From contig OY760686.1 of the NCBI GenBank assembly GCA_963663865.1, positions 3,088,590 to 3,152,589 on the forward strand: DNA of 64,000 bases. Reading direction: 5' to 3'. Shown piece after piece: positions 1 through 10,902 of the stretch (its first letter is position 1; each line of letters opens with the position of its first letter). Under the pieces are notes generated by a model, which worked only from the letters and a program-made list of their open reading frames with translations, did not search any database and was not told the DNA's origin. A program made the translations under genes and the position numbers. Source of the stretch: Spirochaetota bacterium (lineage in GTDB: Bacteria > Spirochaetota > UBA4802 > UBA5550).

Positions 1-160
1 ACCCCGCTTGAAAGGGCTCATTAGACAAAATAATGAATTTTTTCACCGAATTTGCTCATCCAGGGAAAATTCTCTTCGATTAATTTGATTTTCCTCCGCG
101 TTATTATTACTATCTCCCGCTGGGTTTACGGGATTAGTAATTTCCAGCGGAGGAAGAATC

Positions 161-1243
161 ATGAAGCAGATACAATCCGTAAGGGACCGCAGTTCGTTCG
201 GAAGAATATTCGACCGGGCTTTTTCCGACCGCAAGGTATTCATAAAGTGCCTGGACAGGAATGTTGAAGCAGGCTACTGCGGCTACAGTAAAGGCCTCAT
301 CTCGCTGACATCTCCGCTTGATATTCCCGTTCCGCTCAGGACAGTAATCTTCACAAGGTCCGGCGACAGCCTCATTTTTGCCCACGCGTCGCTATGTATG
401 TCAAAGGGAAACCGGCATTGCCTTAATCCCTCCCTTATTCAGATAATTACTTCGCCAAGGAGTGGCAAAAGAGAATATATCGAACATCAGAATGGGCGTA
501 CAGCCTTCGCGACAAATATACTTTCGTACAATGAGATTATCAGCAACATTGAAAACAGACGGGATATCATAGACGGCATAAGAAAACGAATATCATCAAG
601 CTCAACATGCCCGTTTAAGTACATGAAGCTTTATTTTGCAGAGCAAAATGATACTGACCCGAGGATGAACTTCTTCCAAACCGCTTCATCCCCAATCCAC
701 ATCAGAGACATTCGGACTGTCTTCAGCGACAATAATGGAAGCGACACTGCTTACTATCTCTCGCAGGTACACCCTTACGATCAGCTTCTCTCTTCTGACA
801 GGCGTTATGTATCGGAGATATCCTATCCAATAACATTCAGAGGCTTTTTCGCGTACGGCTACATTCAGGCAAACGACATTCACCCGATTGAAGCGGACAG
901 AATTAAACTCATAGCAAAACTTGCAGAATTCATCGAAAGCGCATTCCAGGAACATGGCATAGTCAAACAGCTGCCCGACATGATACCCCTGACTGACGTC
1001 TCAAAACTCGGAATCGGAATCAGCTTTCCGGAGATATCAAAGACAAACCACTGCAAAGAAAACACATCAGCGGCCCTTGAAGTGATTCTTCCAAAAAACA
1101 GACGAATTGCCCTCTCAGGCAGCATTAAGCACATTGACATTCTCGGAAACAGCCGTGTCAATGTAGGACTTCAAATAACCCGAATGAACAGATCAAGCCG
1201 GGATGTTTACGACCGGTTCCTTCGTTTTATGCGTATCGAGTAA
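161..1243 (+). CDS. hypothetical protein (360 aa), no recognisable motifs
   Basis: Longest ORF in region; only short ORFs on opposite strand; no family recognised by eye. Confidence 0.35.
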   Translation: MKQIQSVRDRSSFGRIFDRAFSDRKVFIKCLDRNVEAGYCGYSKGLISLTSPLDIPVPLRTVIFTRSGDSLIFAHASLCMSKGNRHCLNPSLIQIITSPRSGKREYIEHQNGRTAFATNILSYNEIISNIENRRDIIDGIRKRISSSSTCPFKYMKLYFAEQNDTDPRMNFFQTASSPIHIRDIRTVFSDNNGSDTAYYLSQVHPYDQLLSSDRRYVSEISYPITFRGFFAYGYIQANDIHPIEADRIKLIAKLAEFIESAFQEHGIVKQLPDMIPLTDVSKLGIGISFPEISKTNHCKENTSAALEVILPKNRRIALSGSIKHIDILGNSRVNVGLQITRMNRSSRDVYDRFLRFMRIE

Positions 1244-1359
1244 AAGCACTCTCCTTTCTTTGCTAAAGTCCGCATTAATTTGACACGACAATTAATTGAT
1301 GTGAGATGATTACAGGTCCGCAATATCGGCAGATTAATATTCCACCCCCGGAGAAAGAA

Positions 1360-2148
1360 ATGCATTCCCGTTCCATTCTATTTATATCAGCAGCGCTTAT
1401 TCTGTCGTGCTCATCCGTATCAAAACCGGTAGTGAAGGACAAACCGCTTCCTCCAAAAGCCCTTGCCGGACTCGATGCCTTTTTTGAAAGATCGCGCAAG
1501 GACCTGGCTTCCGCGATACAGGTTGTCGTTACAGAAGACATGGTCAAAAACCTGAGCCACCTGCAAAGGATGGATTCGGGAGGCAAAAAGTTCTACCTGC
1601 TTGAAAGAGAAAACATATCAAGAATGATTAAGTCTGTTACCAGGGAGATATACTCCGACTTCATATTAATCAACAAACATGGTACAATTATATACACGAG
1701 ACAAAATGACGATATTTTTTCTAAAAACGTGAGGACTTCTCTCAAGGAAACAAAGCTCAAGAACTGTTATGACGCTAAAGACCTTGATGTATATTACTCC
1801 GACATAACCGAGCTTGAAAGCTTTTCGGGGAAACCAGTACTTCTGATTTCATCAAAAGCCTCCGGCGGGCAGACTTTCCCAGGTATTTTTGCTCTTCAGA
1901 TCGATATTGACAGTATAAGGGAATACCTTAAACCCGGCGAGGAAATCGTTGGGATGGACGGGAATTACCGCCTTCCTCTTGACAGCAAGCTGAGAAACAG
2001 TCCCTATCCTCATTTCAGTCTGCTTGACATTGAAGGATGCAGAGACGGAGAAGCGCACCGCGTCTTAACCCCTGAAGACGTATCAATAGACTATCAATGC
2101 CGCAGGGACTCAAATCTTGAATGGATTGTGGTTAAGCACTCCCGATAG
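1360..2148 (+). CDS. putative lipoprotein, possibly Cache-like periplasmic domain
   Basis: ATG at 1360 preceded by GGAGA RBS; signal peptide MHSRSILFISAALILSCSS with lipobox LSC; rest unassigned. Confidence 0.5.
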   Translation: MHSRSILFISAALILSCSSVSKPVVKDKPLPPKALAGLDAFFERSRKDLASAIQVVVTEDMVKNLSHLQRMDSGGKKFYLLERENISRMIKSVTREIYSDFILINKHGTIIYTRQNDDIFSKNVRTSLKETKLKNCYDAKDLDVYYSDITELESFSGKPVLLISSKASGGQTFPGIFALQIDIDSIREYLKPGEEIVGMDGNYRLPLDSKLRNSPYPHFSLLDIEGCRDGEAHRVLTPEDVSIDYQCRRDSNLEWIVVKHSR

Positions 2149-2173
2149 TTTTCCACATAGATAAATCTCCAGA

Positions 2174-3448
2174 CTATACGATAATATTAAAATCGACCAG
2201 ATCCGCAATTATTGAATGAATATCGCTGAAAAGTCCAGGCAGTTTGTATTCATCATCCATTAAAGCCGCAACCTTCTGGCCGAGGTGCACAAGGACCTTC
2301 TCGTCAAGGGGCAAAGAGCCTCTGCTTATCATCCCGGAAAGCATGCCCGGGAATATCTGTGACAGCTCATGTCCATCGGCTATCACCGACTCTCTGACTC
2401 CTCTTGAAGCATAAACATCAGAATTGTCATCTCCTTCAGCGAAGGATATAATGTACTGGCCGGGGCGTATTCTCTCGTACTCAGAAGGATCGGACAACGG
2501 AGTTCTTATAATTACGATGTCTGAATTTGCAAGTATGTTGCCTGAGCTGGTCGCCATTCCCCCGGCGTTTTCAAAGGACAACATCTCCCTGCTGCTCTGG
2601 TCAAAGCCAAGAGTCTTTCCGAATCCCGCTTTTTCAAGGAGCGATGTCAGCTTCACCGCGGGAGTATCAAGCCCCAAAATCCCCACAGTGGCGGTTGACT
2701 GTTCAATCCTGTTTTTCTGCGACATTTTAATGACCATGGCAAGGATGTACACGGGCAGATCGTCCACATCTTTAATGAGTACAGGCTTGTTAAAATCACT
2801 CGCAAGCTGTTTAATTGTAAACAGATCGGTCTCATCAATATGAATCAGGCGTAGAGCGGAAAAATTTCCAGCCACAGCCCTGACTGAACGAACCAGATCT
2901 TCCGGATGGGTGTAGCTGAAGACAAGCGGAAAAGGCCTGAGTCCGGTAAATCGGCTTATAACAGCTGATTCTCTCTCCGCGATTGTATAATATCTGGCGA
3001 TATCATATTCAGCTTTCTCTCTGCTGGCTTCGAGAGCGGCTACTACTGCTACATTACGCGAAATTCCGGTTACTGCCGCACCGCCTGTTTTAATTTTTGA
3101 TAGCAGCAGTTCCGTTCCTCCGACCAGATTTATCTCATAATCAGATTCATGTTCTATAATGACGCCGGATTGTATTCGGAGAAGTCCTCCTTTAACTACA
3201 TCTTCAAGAACGTTGGTAATCTGAAGAGCAGTACATTCTCCTGTCTTTTCAAGATTATCAAGAAACACGTGAATATCGTCCGCGCCACTGTGAAGAAGCT
3301 CCATTTTGTAAATGAAAGCTTCGGAGTCCTCCATGACACATACAAGGTTTTTCAGACGTATATCCTTCTCCTGCATTTTCTGAATAAAACGCAGCATCGA
3401 ATTGGGGTTTCTCTTTATACTTACTTTCACATTGCTTATAAACTTCAT
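2174..3448 (-). CDS. ACT-domain protein with malic-enzyme-like Rossmann region (tentative)
   Basis: 424 aa ORF; N-terminal ACT-like segment, central Gly-rich GGTELL..GGAAVTG and VGILGLDTPAV nucleotide-binding-like motifs; assignment uncertain. Confidence 0.35.
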   Translation of the reverse strand: MKFISNVKVSIKRNPNSMLRFIQKMQEKDIRLKNLVCVMEDSEAFIYKMELLHSGADDIHVFLDNLEKTGECTALQITNVLEDVVKGGLLRIQSGVIIEHESDYEINLVGGTELLLSKIKTGGAAVTGISRNVAVVAALEASREKAEYDIARYYTIAERESAVISRFTGLRPFPLVFSYTHPEDLVRSVRAVAGNFSALRLIHIDETDLFTIKQLASDFNKPVLIKDVDDLPVYILAMVIKMSQKNRIEQSTATVGILGLDTPAVKLTSLLEKAGFGKTLGFDQSSREMLSFENAGGMATSSGNILANSDIVIIRTPLSDPSEYERIRPGQYIISFAEGDDNSDVYASRGVRESVIADGHELSQIFPGMLSGMISRGSLPLDEKVLVHLGQKVAALMDDEYKLPGLFSDIHSIIADLVDFNIIV

Positions 3449-4029
3449 AACGAACCGCCAATTAACCTTGAATAGCGGGCACCGGTATTTTCCGCTTTAC
3501 TCAATAATTCTAAAGGAACTTCGTTCAAACTGTCGGTATCAGGCAGAAGAATAAAATCTTCCAAACTGTATTCCGCATTGACGGTGTTAAAAAAATGCCT
3601 GACGGTCCGAACCGTTCCATCGAAAGCTCCACCATAAGATGAACCCGCTGTCGAGAACAAAATTCCTTTCTTTTTGGAGATAGCATTTCCATCACGCCTG
3701 GCCAGGTGCCACAACGGCTGTGTGCGGTCAATAATTGCTTTAAGGTGAGATGGGAGCCCTGAAAAATACACCGGGCTCGACAATGATATTAACTTTGACG
3801 ATTTGAGTAATGGATAAAGCTCATCCATCACGTCACTGTTTGTGCAGCCGAATTCTGTTTCACAAAAACGGCAGTCGGAACACGGCTCCGCCCGGTTGAT
3901 GTATGGATAAACTCTCGCGATAGAAATGCCGCATGATTCAAGCTTGTCCAAAAAACGGCTGTGTATTTCGGACGAAAAGCTTTCTTTAACGGGACTCCCA
4001 AACAGAGCTAAGACTTCTGGATTGGTCAT
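3445..4029 (-). CDS. iron-sulfur flavoprotein / NADPH-dependent FMN reductase family
   Basis: Flavodoxin-like LALFGSP start, Cys cluster CSDCRFCETEFGC, SLSSPVYFSGLPSHLKAIIDR motif typical of the FMN_red family. Confidence 0.6.
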   Translation of the reverse strand: MTNPEVLALFGSPVKESFSSEIHSRFLDKLESCGISIARVYPYINRAEPCSDCRFCETEFGCTNSDVMDELYPLLKSSKLISLSSPVYFSGLPSHLKAIIDRTQPLWHLARRDGNAISKKKGILFSTAGSSYGGAFDGTVRTVRHFFNTVNAEYSLEDFILLPDTDSLNEVPLELLSKAENTGARYSRLIGGSL

Positions 4030-4043
4030 TCAAGCTGAACCCG

Positions 4044-5069
4044 CTATTTAAGCCTCGTGAAAATCATCCTGCCTGCTGTGGTCTGCAGCACTGATGTCAC
4101 GACAACATCGACATCTTCATTAAGACGCCTTCTACCGTTTTCTACTACGACCATTGTCCCGTCATCAAGATAGCCGATAGCCTGATTCTGGTCCTTGCCC
4201 TCTTTTATCAGAGACACCTTCATATCTTCGCCCGGCAGTACTACCGGCTTGAGGGAGTTGGAAAGCTGATTGATATTGAGCACTTCGACTCCATGAAATT
4301 CGGCGACCTTGTTCAGGTTGAAATCGTTTGTGATAACTTTTGCGTTCATCATCTTTCCGAGGCGTACCAGCTTTGCGTCAACCTCCTGGACCTCCGGAAA
4401 ATCAATGTCGGAAATTTTCACCATTATAGATTGGTCTTTCTGCATTTTATTAAGTATGTCCAAACCCCGCCTGCCCCTGTTGCGGCGTATTGAATCGGCT
4501 GAATCGGCTATCATCTGGAGTTCATGAAGCACAAAGTTAGGTATCACAAGTATCCCTTCCAGAAATCCCGTGTCGCAGATGTCGGCAATCCTTCCATCAA
4601 TGATTACACTCGTATCAAGTATCTTATAGGAAAGCTGCCCGCTCTTTTCATCCACACGAACACCCGCGATACGGTCAAGGAAAACCAGCTCTTCTGAATT
4701 TATGAGAAAAAATAGCAGAAAAAAAGTAACGGCTGTCACGTATATTGAAAACACTGCAAGAGAAGAATACTCCGAGGCAAGCTGAGTAAATAAAGGAACA
4801 ACTGCGAGATTTGAAAGATATCCGGCTGCCAGTCCGGCTACAAGGCCGATAACGCCGGCGAGGGTTTTTCGCGCGGGGAAAGCGTGAGATATGTACTCAA
4901 AAAGTACAAGCAGCGAAAGCGATATAACCGACGCAGCCGCCGCTGCGACCACAGCTTTAATGGAACTATCTGAAAAGAACAGAGCGAATGCCGCCCCCAT
5001 GCTCAGAATAAACAGAATCCTCAGAATAATAATCATAAGTTGAATCTCCAGGATTATTTTTGAGCTCAC
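4044..5069 (-). CDS. YacL-like membrane protein with PIN and TRAM domains
   Basis: N-terminal multi-TM region, central PIN-like region, C-terminal TRAM-like beta region ([29 protein letters not shown]). Confidence 0.7.
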   Translation of the reverse strand: MSSKIILEIQLMIIILRILFILSMGAAFALFFSDSSIKAVVAAAAASVISLSLLVLFEYISHAFPARKTLAGVIGLVAGLAAGYLSNLAVVPLFTQLASEYSSLAVFSIYVTAVTFFLLFFLINSEELVFLDRIAGVRVDEKSGQLSYKILDTSVIIDGRIADICDTGFLEGILVIPNFVLHELQMIADSADSIRRNRGRRGLDILNKMQKDQSIMVKISDIDFPEVQEVDAKLVRLGKMMNAKVITNDFNLNKVAEFHGVEVLNINQLSNSLKPVVLPGEDMKVSLIKEGKDQNQAIGYLDDGTMVVVENGRRRLNEDVDVVVTSVLQTTAGRMIFTRLK

Positions 5070-5142
5070 ATAATTCCAGACAAGGCCGCTCGCTTCTGCC
5101 TGGGAACAGACGATGCCCCGTCCTTCGTTCAGTACGCGGGTC

Positions 5143-5640
5143 TTATTCTGCTGTCTCTAATGTTGCGGAAAGGATTTCTGAAACGTAATTGCCGGCTTCT
5201 TCTATGTCAATGTCTTTTACAAGCGCCACCTCATGTACAATAAGCTGGTAGGCATTTTCGTAAAGCTTCCTCTCCATTATCGAGAGCTCCTTTACACAAC
5301 CTCTTCTAAAGAGATCCCTTGCAACCTCAGCCACGACAAATATCGATCCGCTTTTTACTTTATCTATGTTATTCTGATAACGAAGCTTCCAGTCATCTTC
5401 CTGAACAACGTTCTCCAGCTGCAGAATCTCGGTCACTTTCTTGAGATCACGTTTTGAGATGATGCCCCTTACTCCAATTTCATCAGCCTTTGTTACCGGG
5501 ATCATGACCTTCATTCCGCTGTTGTTTATGGTAACTACGTAATATTCAGTTCTTTTACCAAGAATAACTTTTTTCTCTATAGCTGATATTAATCCAACTC
5601 CATGCATTGGATAGACGATCTTGTCGCCAACATTGTACAT
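5143..5640 (-). CDS. carD: CarD/CdnL family RNA-polymerase-binding transcription regulator
   Basis: [19 protein letters not shown]-terminus typical of the CarD_CdnL_TRCF domain; GGAG RBS 8 nt upstream of this ATG; the longer track ORF adds an upstream extension. Confidence 0.8.
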   Translation of the reverse strand: MYNVGDKIVYPMHGVGLISAIEKKVILGKRTEYYVVTINNSGMKVMIPVTKADEIGVRGIISKRDLKKVTEILQLENVVQEDDWKLRYQNNIDKVKSGSIFVVAEVARDLFRRGCVKELSIMERKLYENAYQLIVHEVALVKDIDIEEAGNYVSEILSATLETAE

Positions 5641-5807
5641 TTTTTTCTCCGTTTTCTTTGTTGTTGCCATGCAAATCACCGCTATTATGTAATATTATCC
5701 GTACAGGCACATGAACACAAAATTACTAATGCTTTAGTGCATCACAGTTTTTTCAATTTTTCAAGAATAATATAAGACGTATTTAAAAACCTTGTATATA
5801 AAAGATA

Positions 5808-8189
5808 TTAGTCTGATTTAAGCCCCTCTTTTTCCAGATACCTATCCAGAACAGATTTCATTTTGAAGTGCTTGCCGTCACAGACTCCCCGGAAATATCC
5901 GCTGCTCGGCAGTGCGAGGTCGCAGTTCAGCTCCTTGCAGTCAGGTCCCGGGATTTTGCCAGTGTATTTACAGACACAGCTTGATGAAACACCTGAAGGC
6001 TTCGGGGAAAAAACAGGGTCTTTCATTGAGTTGTACACTTCTTTCATATAATCGGCCCATATCGGCGCCGCAACTCCTGCACCGGCCTGATGTCTGCCCA
6101 GCGACATAAACTGACGGTCATATCCAACCCAGACAACAGCTGCGACATCCGGGGTGAATCCGCAAAACCAGGCGTCTGTCCAGTTAGAAGTGGTCCCAGT
6201 CTTTCCAGCGGCGGGTTTAGTGAATCCGGACTTAATCCTGATCGACTCGGCAGCGGTGCCCCTGTCAACGACATCGCGCATCATCGACGTCATAATGAAG
6301 GCTACCTCCGGGGAAATAACCTGAATTGTGCCTTCGGCTTCCTTAACGGCTATGATACGCCCGACTTCTTCTTCGATGTTGGCAAGCTCATTTCCGTCCC
6401 GGTCAGTAACATACCTGACCGCGAAAGGAATAACATCACGCCCCCTGTTGGCATATACTGCGTAACCACCGGCCATCTCAAGGGGTGTAACCTCAGTGGT
6501 TCCGAGGGCAAGAGCAGGCCCCGGGCTGAAGCGCTCCGGTGGAACCTTGAGCATTTTTGCGGCAAAGTCAATTATTATGTCCGCTCCAATTATGTCGAAT
6601 ATTCGGACGGATATTATATTGATTGAAGACGCGAGGGCTCTTCTGAGAGACACCATGCCGGAGAACTCGCCTTCATAGTTTCCGGGAGCCCATGTGTCGC
6701 CCTGTGAATCAATATCGACTATCGGAGCATCCGGCAAAGTAGTAGCAACGTTTATTCTCTTTGATTCTATTCCCGCCCCGTAGACAAAGGGCTTAAATGA
6801 TGAGCCGGGCTGACGTCTCGCCTGGACTGCCCGGTTAAACTGATTTGAAACGCTGTATTCTGAACCGCCAATCATGGTGGTAATATATCCTGTGGAAGGT
6901 TCAACGGCAACCATGGCTCCCTCAACGTTCAGAGAAGTCGATATTCCCGAAACAGCAGACCTGAAGCTCTCAATTGATTCGGATGCGCCTGAATTATCCG
7001 TCAGCAGGGCCAATATATCTATGGAATCAAGGTAGCTGTCCACCATCTGCTTTTTGAAAACTGTTTCAATGTCGTTTCTGACGATGATGCCGGGCAGACT
7101 GAAAATCATTCTGAGATAGCTGTATGCAGAGAAGAGTCCCCGATTCAGCCCGCTATTATACATAGCATTCGCCTTTGAAGAAACCTCATTTTGCTTTTTT
7201 ACACCCTCGGTGAAAACCTTTTCGGCTATCTGCTGCCGTTTCAGATCAAGCGTTGTGTATACACTCAGTCCTTCATTATAGACGGTGTCATGACCAAACT
7301 GTGATATCAGTATCTGACGGACATAGTCAGTAAAGAATGGAGCCTTATCAGTTACCTGTGAGGCTGCTGTTCTGGTCGGATACTGGGTTTTCAGCGAATC
7401 AAGAAACGCGGGCCAGAACTCCTCGAAGACCTTTTCCCTCTGTTTTTCGGTGATAAATCCTGCATCAACCATTCTCGCCAGGGTGTCCTGGTTCTTATAA
7501 AATGCTTCGCGTGGATATCTGAGAGGAGAATAGCCATTGGGCTTAGAGGGCAAAGACGCCAGTATGGAACTTTCAGCAACGGTAAGATGCCTTACGTCCT
7601 TTTCGAAGAAGAACTCCGCGGCCGACGCGATACCGTGACATCCATGTCCGAGATATATCTGGTTGAAGTACATCTCAAGGATTTGTTCCTTGGAGAACCT
7701 CTTTTCTATCTGCAAAGCGAGAACAAATTCAAGTATCTTGCGGCCGATTGTCCTTTCACCGGTAGTGAAAAGCCGCTTCGCGAGCTGCTGCGTAATAGTT
7801 GATCCGCCCTGAACTACCGTTATTCTTCCAGACTTGACGCTTGCGACAAGGTTCTTCCCCATCGCTCGGATTATTGAGAGCGGCGATATACCGAAATGAT
7901 TGAAGAAATCCCTGTCTTCTGCCGCGAGAAAAGCATTTATAAGGCATTGAGGCAGGGCATCATAGGGAACAAGGTCGCGTTTTTCCTGAAAGAGTTCAGC
8001 TATTAACTCTCCGTGAACATCGTAAATTCGGGTGGGAACACTCGGCTGAAATTGTTTTAGATTGTCAATGCCGGCAAAGTTTTTTACCTGTGCGTTAATA
8101 TAGCCGGAGACAACACCGCCGGCTATTGACAGAATGATAATGGCTGCGATCATTCCTTTTTCAAGGGTGAAGTTCTTAAGTTTATTCAT
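5808..8189 (-). CDS. mrcA: class A penicillin-binding protein 1A (glycosyltransferase + transpeptidase)
   Basis: N-terminal TM; GT51 motifs EDRDFFNHFGISP and GGSTITQQLAKRLF; C-terminal transpeptidase with SSFKPF-type region. Confidence 0.9.
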   Translation of the reverse strand: MNKLKNFTLEKGMIAAIIILSIAGGVVSGYINAQVKNFAGIDNLKQFQPSVPTRIYDVHGELIAELFQEKRDLVPYDALPQCLINAFLAAEDRDFFNHFGISPLSIIRAMGKNLVASVKSGRITVVQGGSTITQQLAKRLFTTGERTIGRKILEFVLALQIEKRFSKEQILEMYFNQIYLGHGCHGIASAAEFFFEKDVRHLTVAESSILASLPSKPNGYSPLRYPREAFYKNQDTLARMVDAGFITEKQREKVFEEFWPAFLDSLKTQYPTRTAASQVTDKAPFFTDYVRQILISQFGHDTVYNEGLSVYTTLDLKRQQIAEKVFTEGVKKQNEVSSKANAMYNSGLNRGLFSAYSYLRMIFSLPGIIVRNDIETVFKKQMVDSYLDSIDILALLTDNSGASESIESFRSAVSGISTSLNVEGAMVAVEPSTGYITTMIGGSEYSVSNQFNRAVQARRQPGSSFKPFVYGAGIESKRINVATTLPDAPIVDIDSQGDTWAPGNYEGEFSGMVSLRRALASSINIISVRIFDIIGADIIIDFAAKMLKVPPERFSPGPALALGTTEVTPLEMAGGYAVYANRGRDVIPFAVRYVTDRDGNELANIEEEVGRIIAVKEAEGTIQVISPEVAFIMTSMMRDVVDRGTAAESIRIKSGFTKPAAGKTGTTSNWTDAWFCGFTPDVAAVVWVGYDRQFMSLGRHQAGAGVAAPIWADYMKEVYNSMKDPVFSPKPSGVSSSCVCKYTGKIPGPDCKELNCDLALPSSGYFRGVCDGKHFKMKSVLDRYLEKEGLKSD

Positions 8190-8314
8190 GCAGGCTTCTC
8201 TTACGCAGGGAAATATTCATGTTCAATGATGACAGAATAAAAAATGCCGTTATTAATCAACTATATTTTTCCGTTATTTCCCTCCCAGCAGCAGAGAATG
8301 GCGCTACCCTGGAA

Positions 8315-9472
8315 TTATTCTGACGGCCGGCCGGTTATTTCAACCGCAACTGTCTTTTCCGAGCCGTTTCTCCACAGAACAAGCCTGATCATGCTGCCTA
8401 TTTTCGTCTCGCCGATAACGCGTAGAAGATCCTTGTAGTTCTCAATCCTTTCGCCGCTTACTTCAAGTATCACATCGCCAACACGTATGCCGGCCTTATC
8501 CGCGGGACTCCCGGAAATCACCTCGCTAATAAAAGTACCCCTGACACTCTTCAGTCCAAGCTCTGCGGCTGTGCGCTCATTCAGCTCCATAATCCCCACT
8601 CCGAGGTATCCTCTCTTTACTTCCCTGTGGGTCTTAAGCTGGGCAAGAATTGAGCGGGCCGTGTTTACGGGAATGGCGAACCCTATCCCCATGTAACCTC
8701 CACTCTTTGAGTAAATCATCCTGTTAATACCGATCACTTCGCCATAGATGTTAATCAAGGGACCGCCTGAATTACCGGGATTTATGGACGCGTCTGTCTG
8801 GAGATGTGATGTCCCAAGCAGATCAACATCGCTGCGGCCCACCGCGCTTATAACGCCAACGGTGAAAGTCCGGTCCAGTCCGAAGGGATTTCCTATTGCT
8901 ATAGCCCAATCCCCCACATTAACCGTATCTGAGTCGCCAAAATAGACCGGTTTAAAGCTTTCATTCGAGGTAATCTTCAGCAAAGCAAGATCTGTACGCT
9001 TGTCGCCGCCTATGATTTTCGCCTCGTGATTTTTCTCATTGACCTTAACGAAAACCCTGTCAACTCCGTCTATAACGTGGTAGTTGGTACAGATATATCC
9101 ATCCCTGGATATGACAAAGCCGGTGCCAAGACCGGTTTTTTTCTGAACGCGGGATGGAGCGGAAAAATTCCCGAACCATGGATCGTTAAAAAACGGATGA
9201 GGCCTCACCCTTACAGTCTGCTCAGTCGTAATAAAGACAACACTTTCCCGGTACATCTCGAAAATCTGCCTGAATGCTGTCTGAAGTTCCACCGCCTGAG
9301 ATGTCTTCAGCTGTGACTTCATCGGAGATTCATCGGAGTTACCAAAGACACTCACTCCTCCGGAATCGTTTTTCTGGCAGGAGAACTGATTGAAAAACAG
9401 AAATCCAATAACAACTCCGGTAATCACTGGAAATATAAACCTGTATCTGTACCTGGAAAATGACATTATCAA
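8315..9472 (-). CDS. htrA: HtrA/DegP family periplasmic serine protease with PDZ domain
   Basis: Trypsin-like catalytic motifs (TNYHVI, DLALLKI, GNSGGPLIN) and C-terminal PDZ region. Confidence 0.85.
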   Translation of the reverse strand: MIMSFSRYRYRFIFPVITGVVIGFLFFNQFSCQKNDSGGVSVFGNSDESPMKSQLKTSQAVELQTAFRQIFEMYRESVVFITTEQTVRVRPHPFFNDPWFGNFSAPSRVQKKTGLGTGFVISRDGYICTNYHVIDGVDRVFVKVNEKNHEAKIIGGDKRTDLALLKITSNESFKPVYFGDSDTVNVGDWAIAIGNPFGLDRTFTVGVISAVGRSDVDLLGTSHLQTDASINPGNSGGPLINIYGEVIGINRMIYSKSGGYMGIGFAIPVNTARSILAQLKTHREVKRGYLGVGIMELNERTAAELGLKSVRGTFISEVISGSPADKAGIRVGDVILEVSGERIENYKDLLRVIGETKIGSMIRLVLWRNGSEKTVAVEITGRPSE

Positions 9473-9493
9473 CTCCGAAAAATAAGTTAAAAA

Positions 9494-9709
9494 TTATTCC
9501 TGAAAAACACTCTTCCTGTAACGCTTCTTTTCTCTGTCTTCTCCGCCGATTTTGTCCCTGAACTGCCTTCTGTCGTTGATAGAACCGTCTATCTCCACAA
9601 GGTCAATGTCAATTGACGCCGGCTCCCTCTTTTCTCCACAGGACGCTACAGGCAGAATCGCAAGAGCAATCATTATTGAGACCATTGATTGAAGATGTTG
9701 CCTCTTCAT
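9494..9709 (-). CDS. small putative lipoprotein
   Basis: 71 aa; signal peptide with lipobox VASC; ATG 2 nt after trxA stop suggests translational coupling. Confidence 0.35.
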   Translation of the reverse strand: MKRQHLQSMVSIMIALAILPVASCGEKREPASIDIDLVEIDGSINDRRQFRDKIGGEDREKKRYRKSVFQE

Positions 9710-9711
9710 GA

Positions 9712-10026
9712 TTACTGAAGCTTCTTTTTAAGAACTTCCTCAGGCTGAACACCAACCATTCGCTCAATCTCCTTTCCGTCTTTAAAAATAATCAATGTCG
9801 GAATGGAAGATATTCCCAGTTTCTGGGCGAGAGATGGAGATTCATCTGTATTGAGCTTGGCAATCTTTGCTGAAACAGCGCCGTCAGAAGCGAGTTTTTC
9901 AAGGATTGGAGTCTGCATTCGGCACGGGCCGCACCAGGGAGCCCAGAAATCGACCAATACAGTCCCGGAGTGCTTAAGCACCTCAGCTTCGTAGTTATTT
10001 TCGTTTATCTCTAGTAAAGCCATCAC
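9712..10026 (-). CDS. trxA: thioredoxin
   Basis: WAPWCGPCRM active site, 104 aa. Confidence 0.9.
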   Translation of the reverse strand: MMALLEINENNYEAEVLKHSGTVLVDFWAPWCGPCRMQTPILEKLASDGAVSAKIAKLNTDESPSLAQKLGISSIPTLIIFKDGKEIERMVGVQPEEVLKKKLQ

Positions 10027-10289
10027 ATCACCTCAGAATAATATTCCTGCCGGAAACAGTTCCCACAGTTTGCCAATCTTCACTCCTTCCGCCGGTATAT
10101 TTCAACAATTTTTTCCTATAAATGTTCTTAAAAAGCTGCATCTATCCTGCGATATCATATATAACACCCGGGTAAAAACAGCAACCCGGCAAAACGAAAC
10201 GTCATTTTATCGCTTCTTTACTCCTTTATGAATTTTAAGAATATGGACTTAATGCCGATAATAGTAACAGTTTAATCCGAGGTAACTAA

Positions 10290-10886
10290 ATGAAACTGGT
10301 CAACTCAGTATTTTTAATCTGCATAATATCAGCCGCAGCGTACGGACAGGCAACCGGCCCCCGCACACCTGCTGCTATCCCCGATGGTTACGGGAGCATA
10401 AAATGGGGCACCCCGCTCAGCAAGGCAAGGGAGGCTATTTCCGGGAAGCTGTACTACACGGACGACAAAACAGTAATCGTTTCAAAGGACGACGCGCTTG
10501 AGTACTATTACGGCTTTTTCTATACCGACCCGGCAAATACAGAAAAAGCTGTAGAAACAGCTGATGCCGGACAGGAGGCTGTCGATGAAGGCACGCTATA
10601 CTACGTTGCCCTCAAGTTCCCGTATCTTCGCCTTAATCAGGTCAGAGAAAAAATTGAGTCCAAATACGGCAAATCATCGCTCGAAAACATCAAAAAAAAC
10701 CGGGGTGCTGCAGCCTGGATGTCAGACAGTACTATTATTATCATGTGGGCAGATGAATACGAGGGAGAGCCTTTCTGCAGGCGGATCACCTATCTCTCGA
10801 GAGAAACAGCTAAAAAAGTCAACACCAACCAGGAGCGGGTATTCAACAAAACAGAAATAGATATTCTGAAAAAGCTGAATCCCTGA
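10290..10886 (+). CDS. secreted hypothetical protein
   Basis: N-terminal signal peptide MKLVNSVFLICIISAAAYGQ; no family recognised. Confidence 0.5.
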   Translation: MKLVNSVFLICIISAAAYGQATGPRTPAAIPDGYGSIKWGTPLSKAREAISGKLYYTDDKTVIVSKDDALEYYYGFFYTDPANTEKAVETADAGQEAVDEGTLYYVALKFPYLRLNQVREKIESKYGKSSLENIKKNRGAAAWMSDSTIIIMWADEYEGEPFCRRITYLSRETAKKVNTNQERVFNKTEIDILKKLNP

Positions 10887-10902
10887 CCCCCCCTTCACTT
10901 TT

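Noticed and set aside
5863-7947. Multiple 60-180-aa ORFs on the plus strand within 5808-8189
   Set aside because: All lie inside the well-supported minus-strand PBP1A gene and lack RBS or recognisable motifs.
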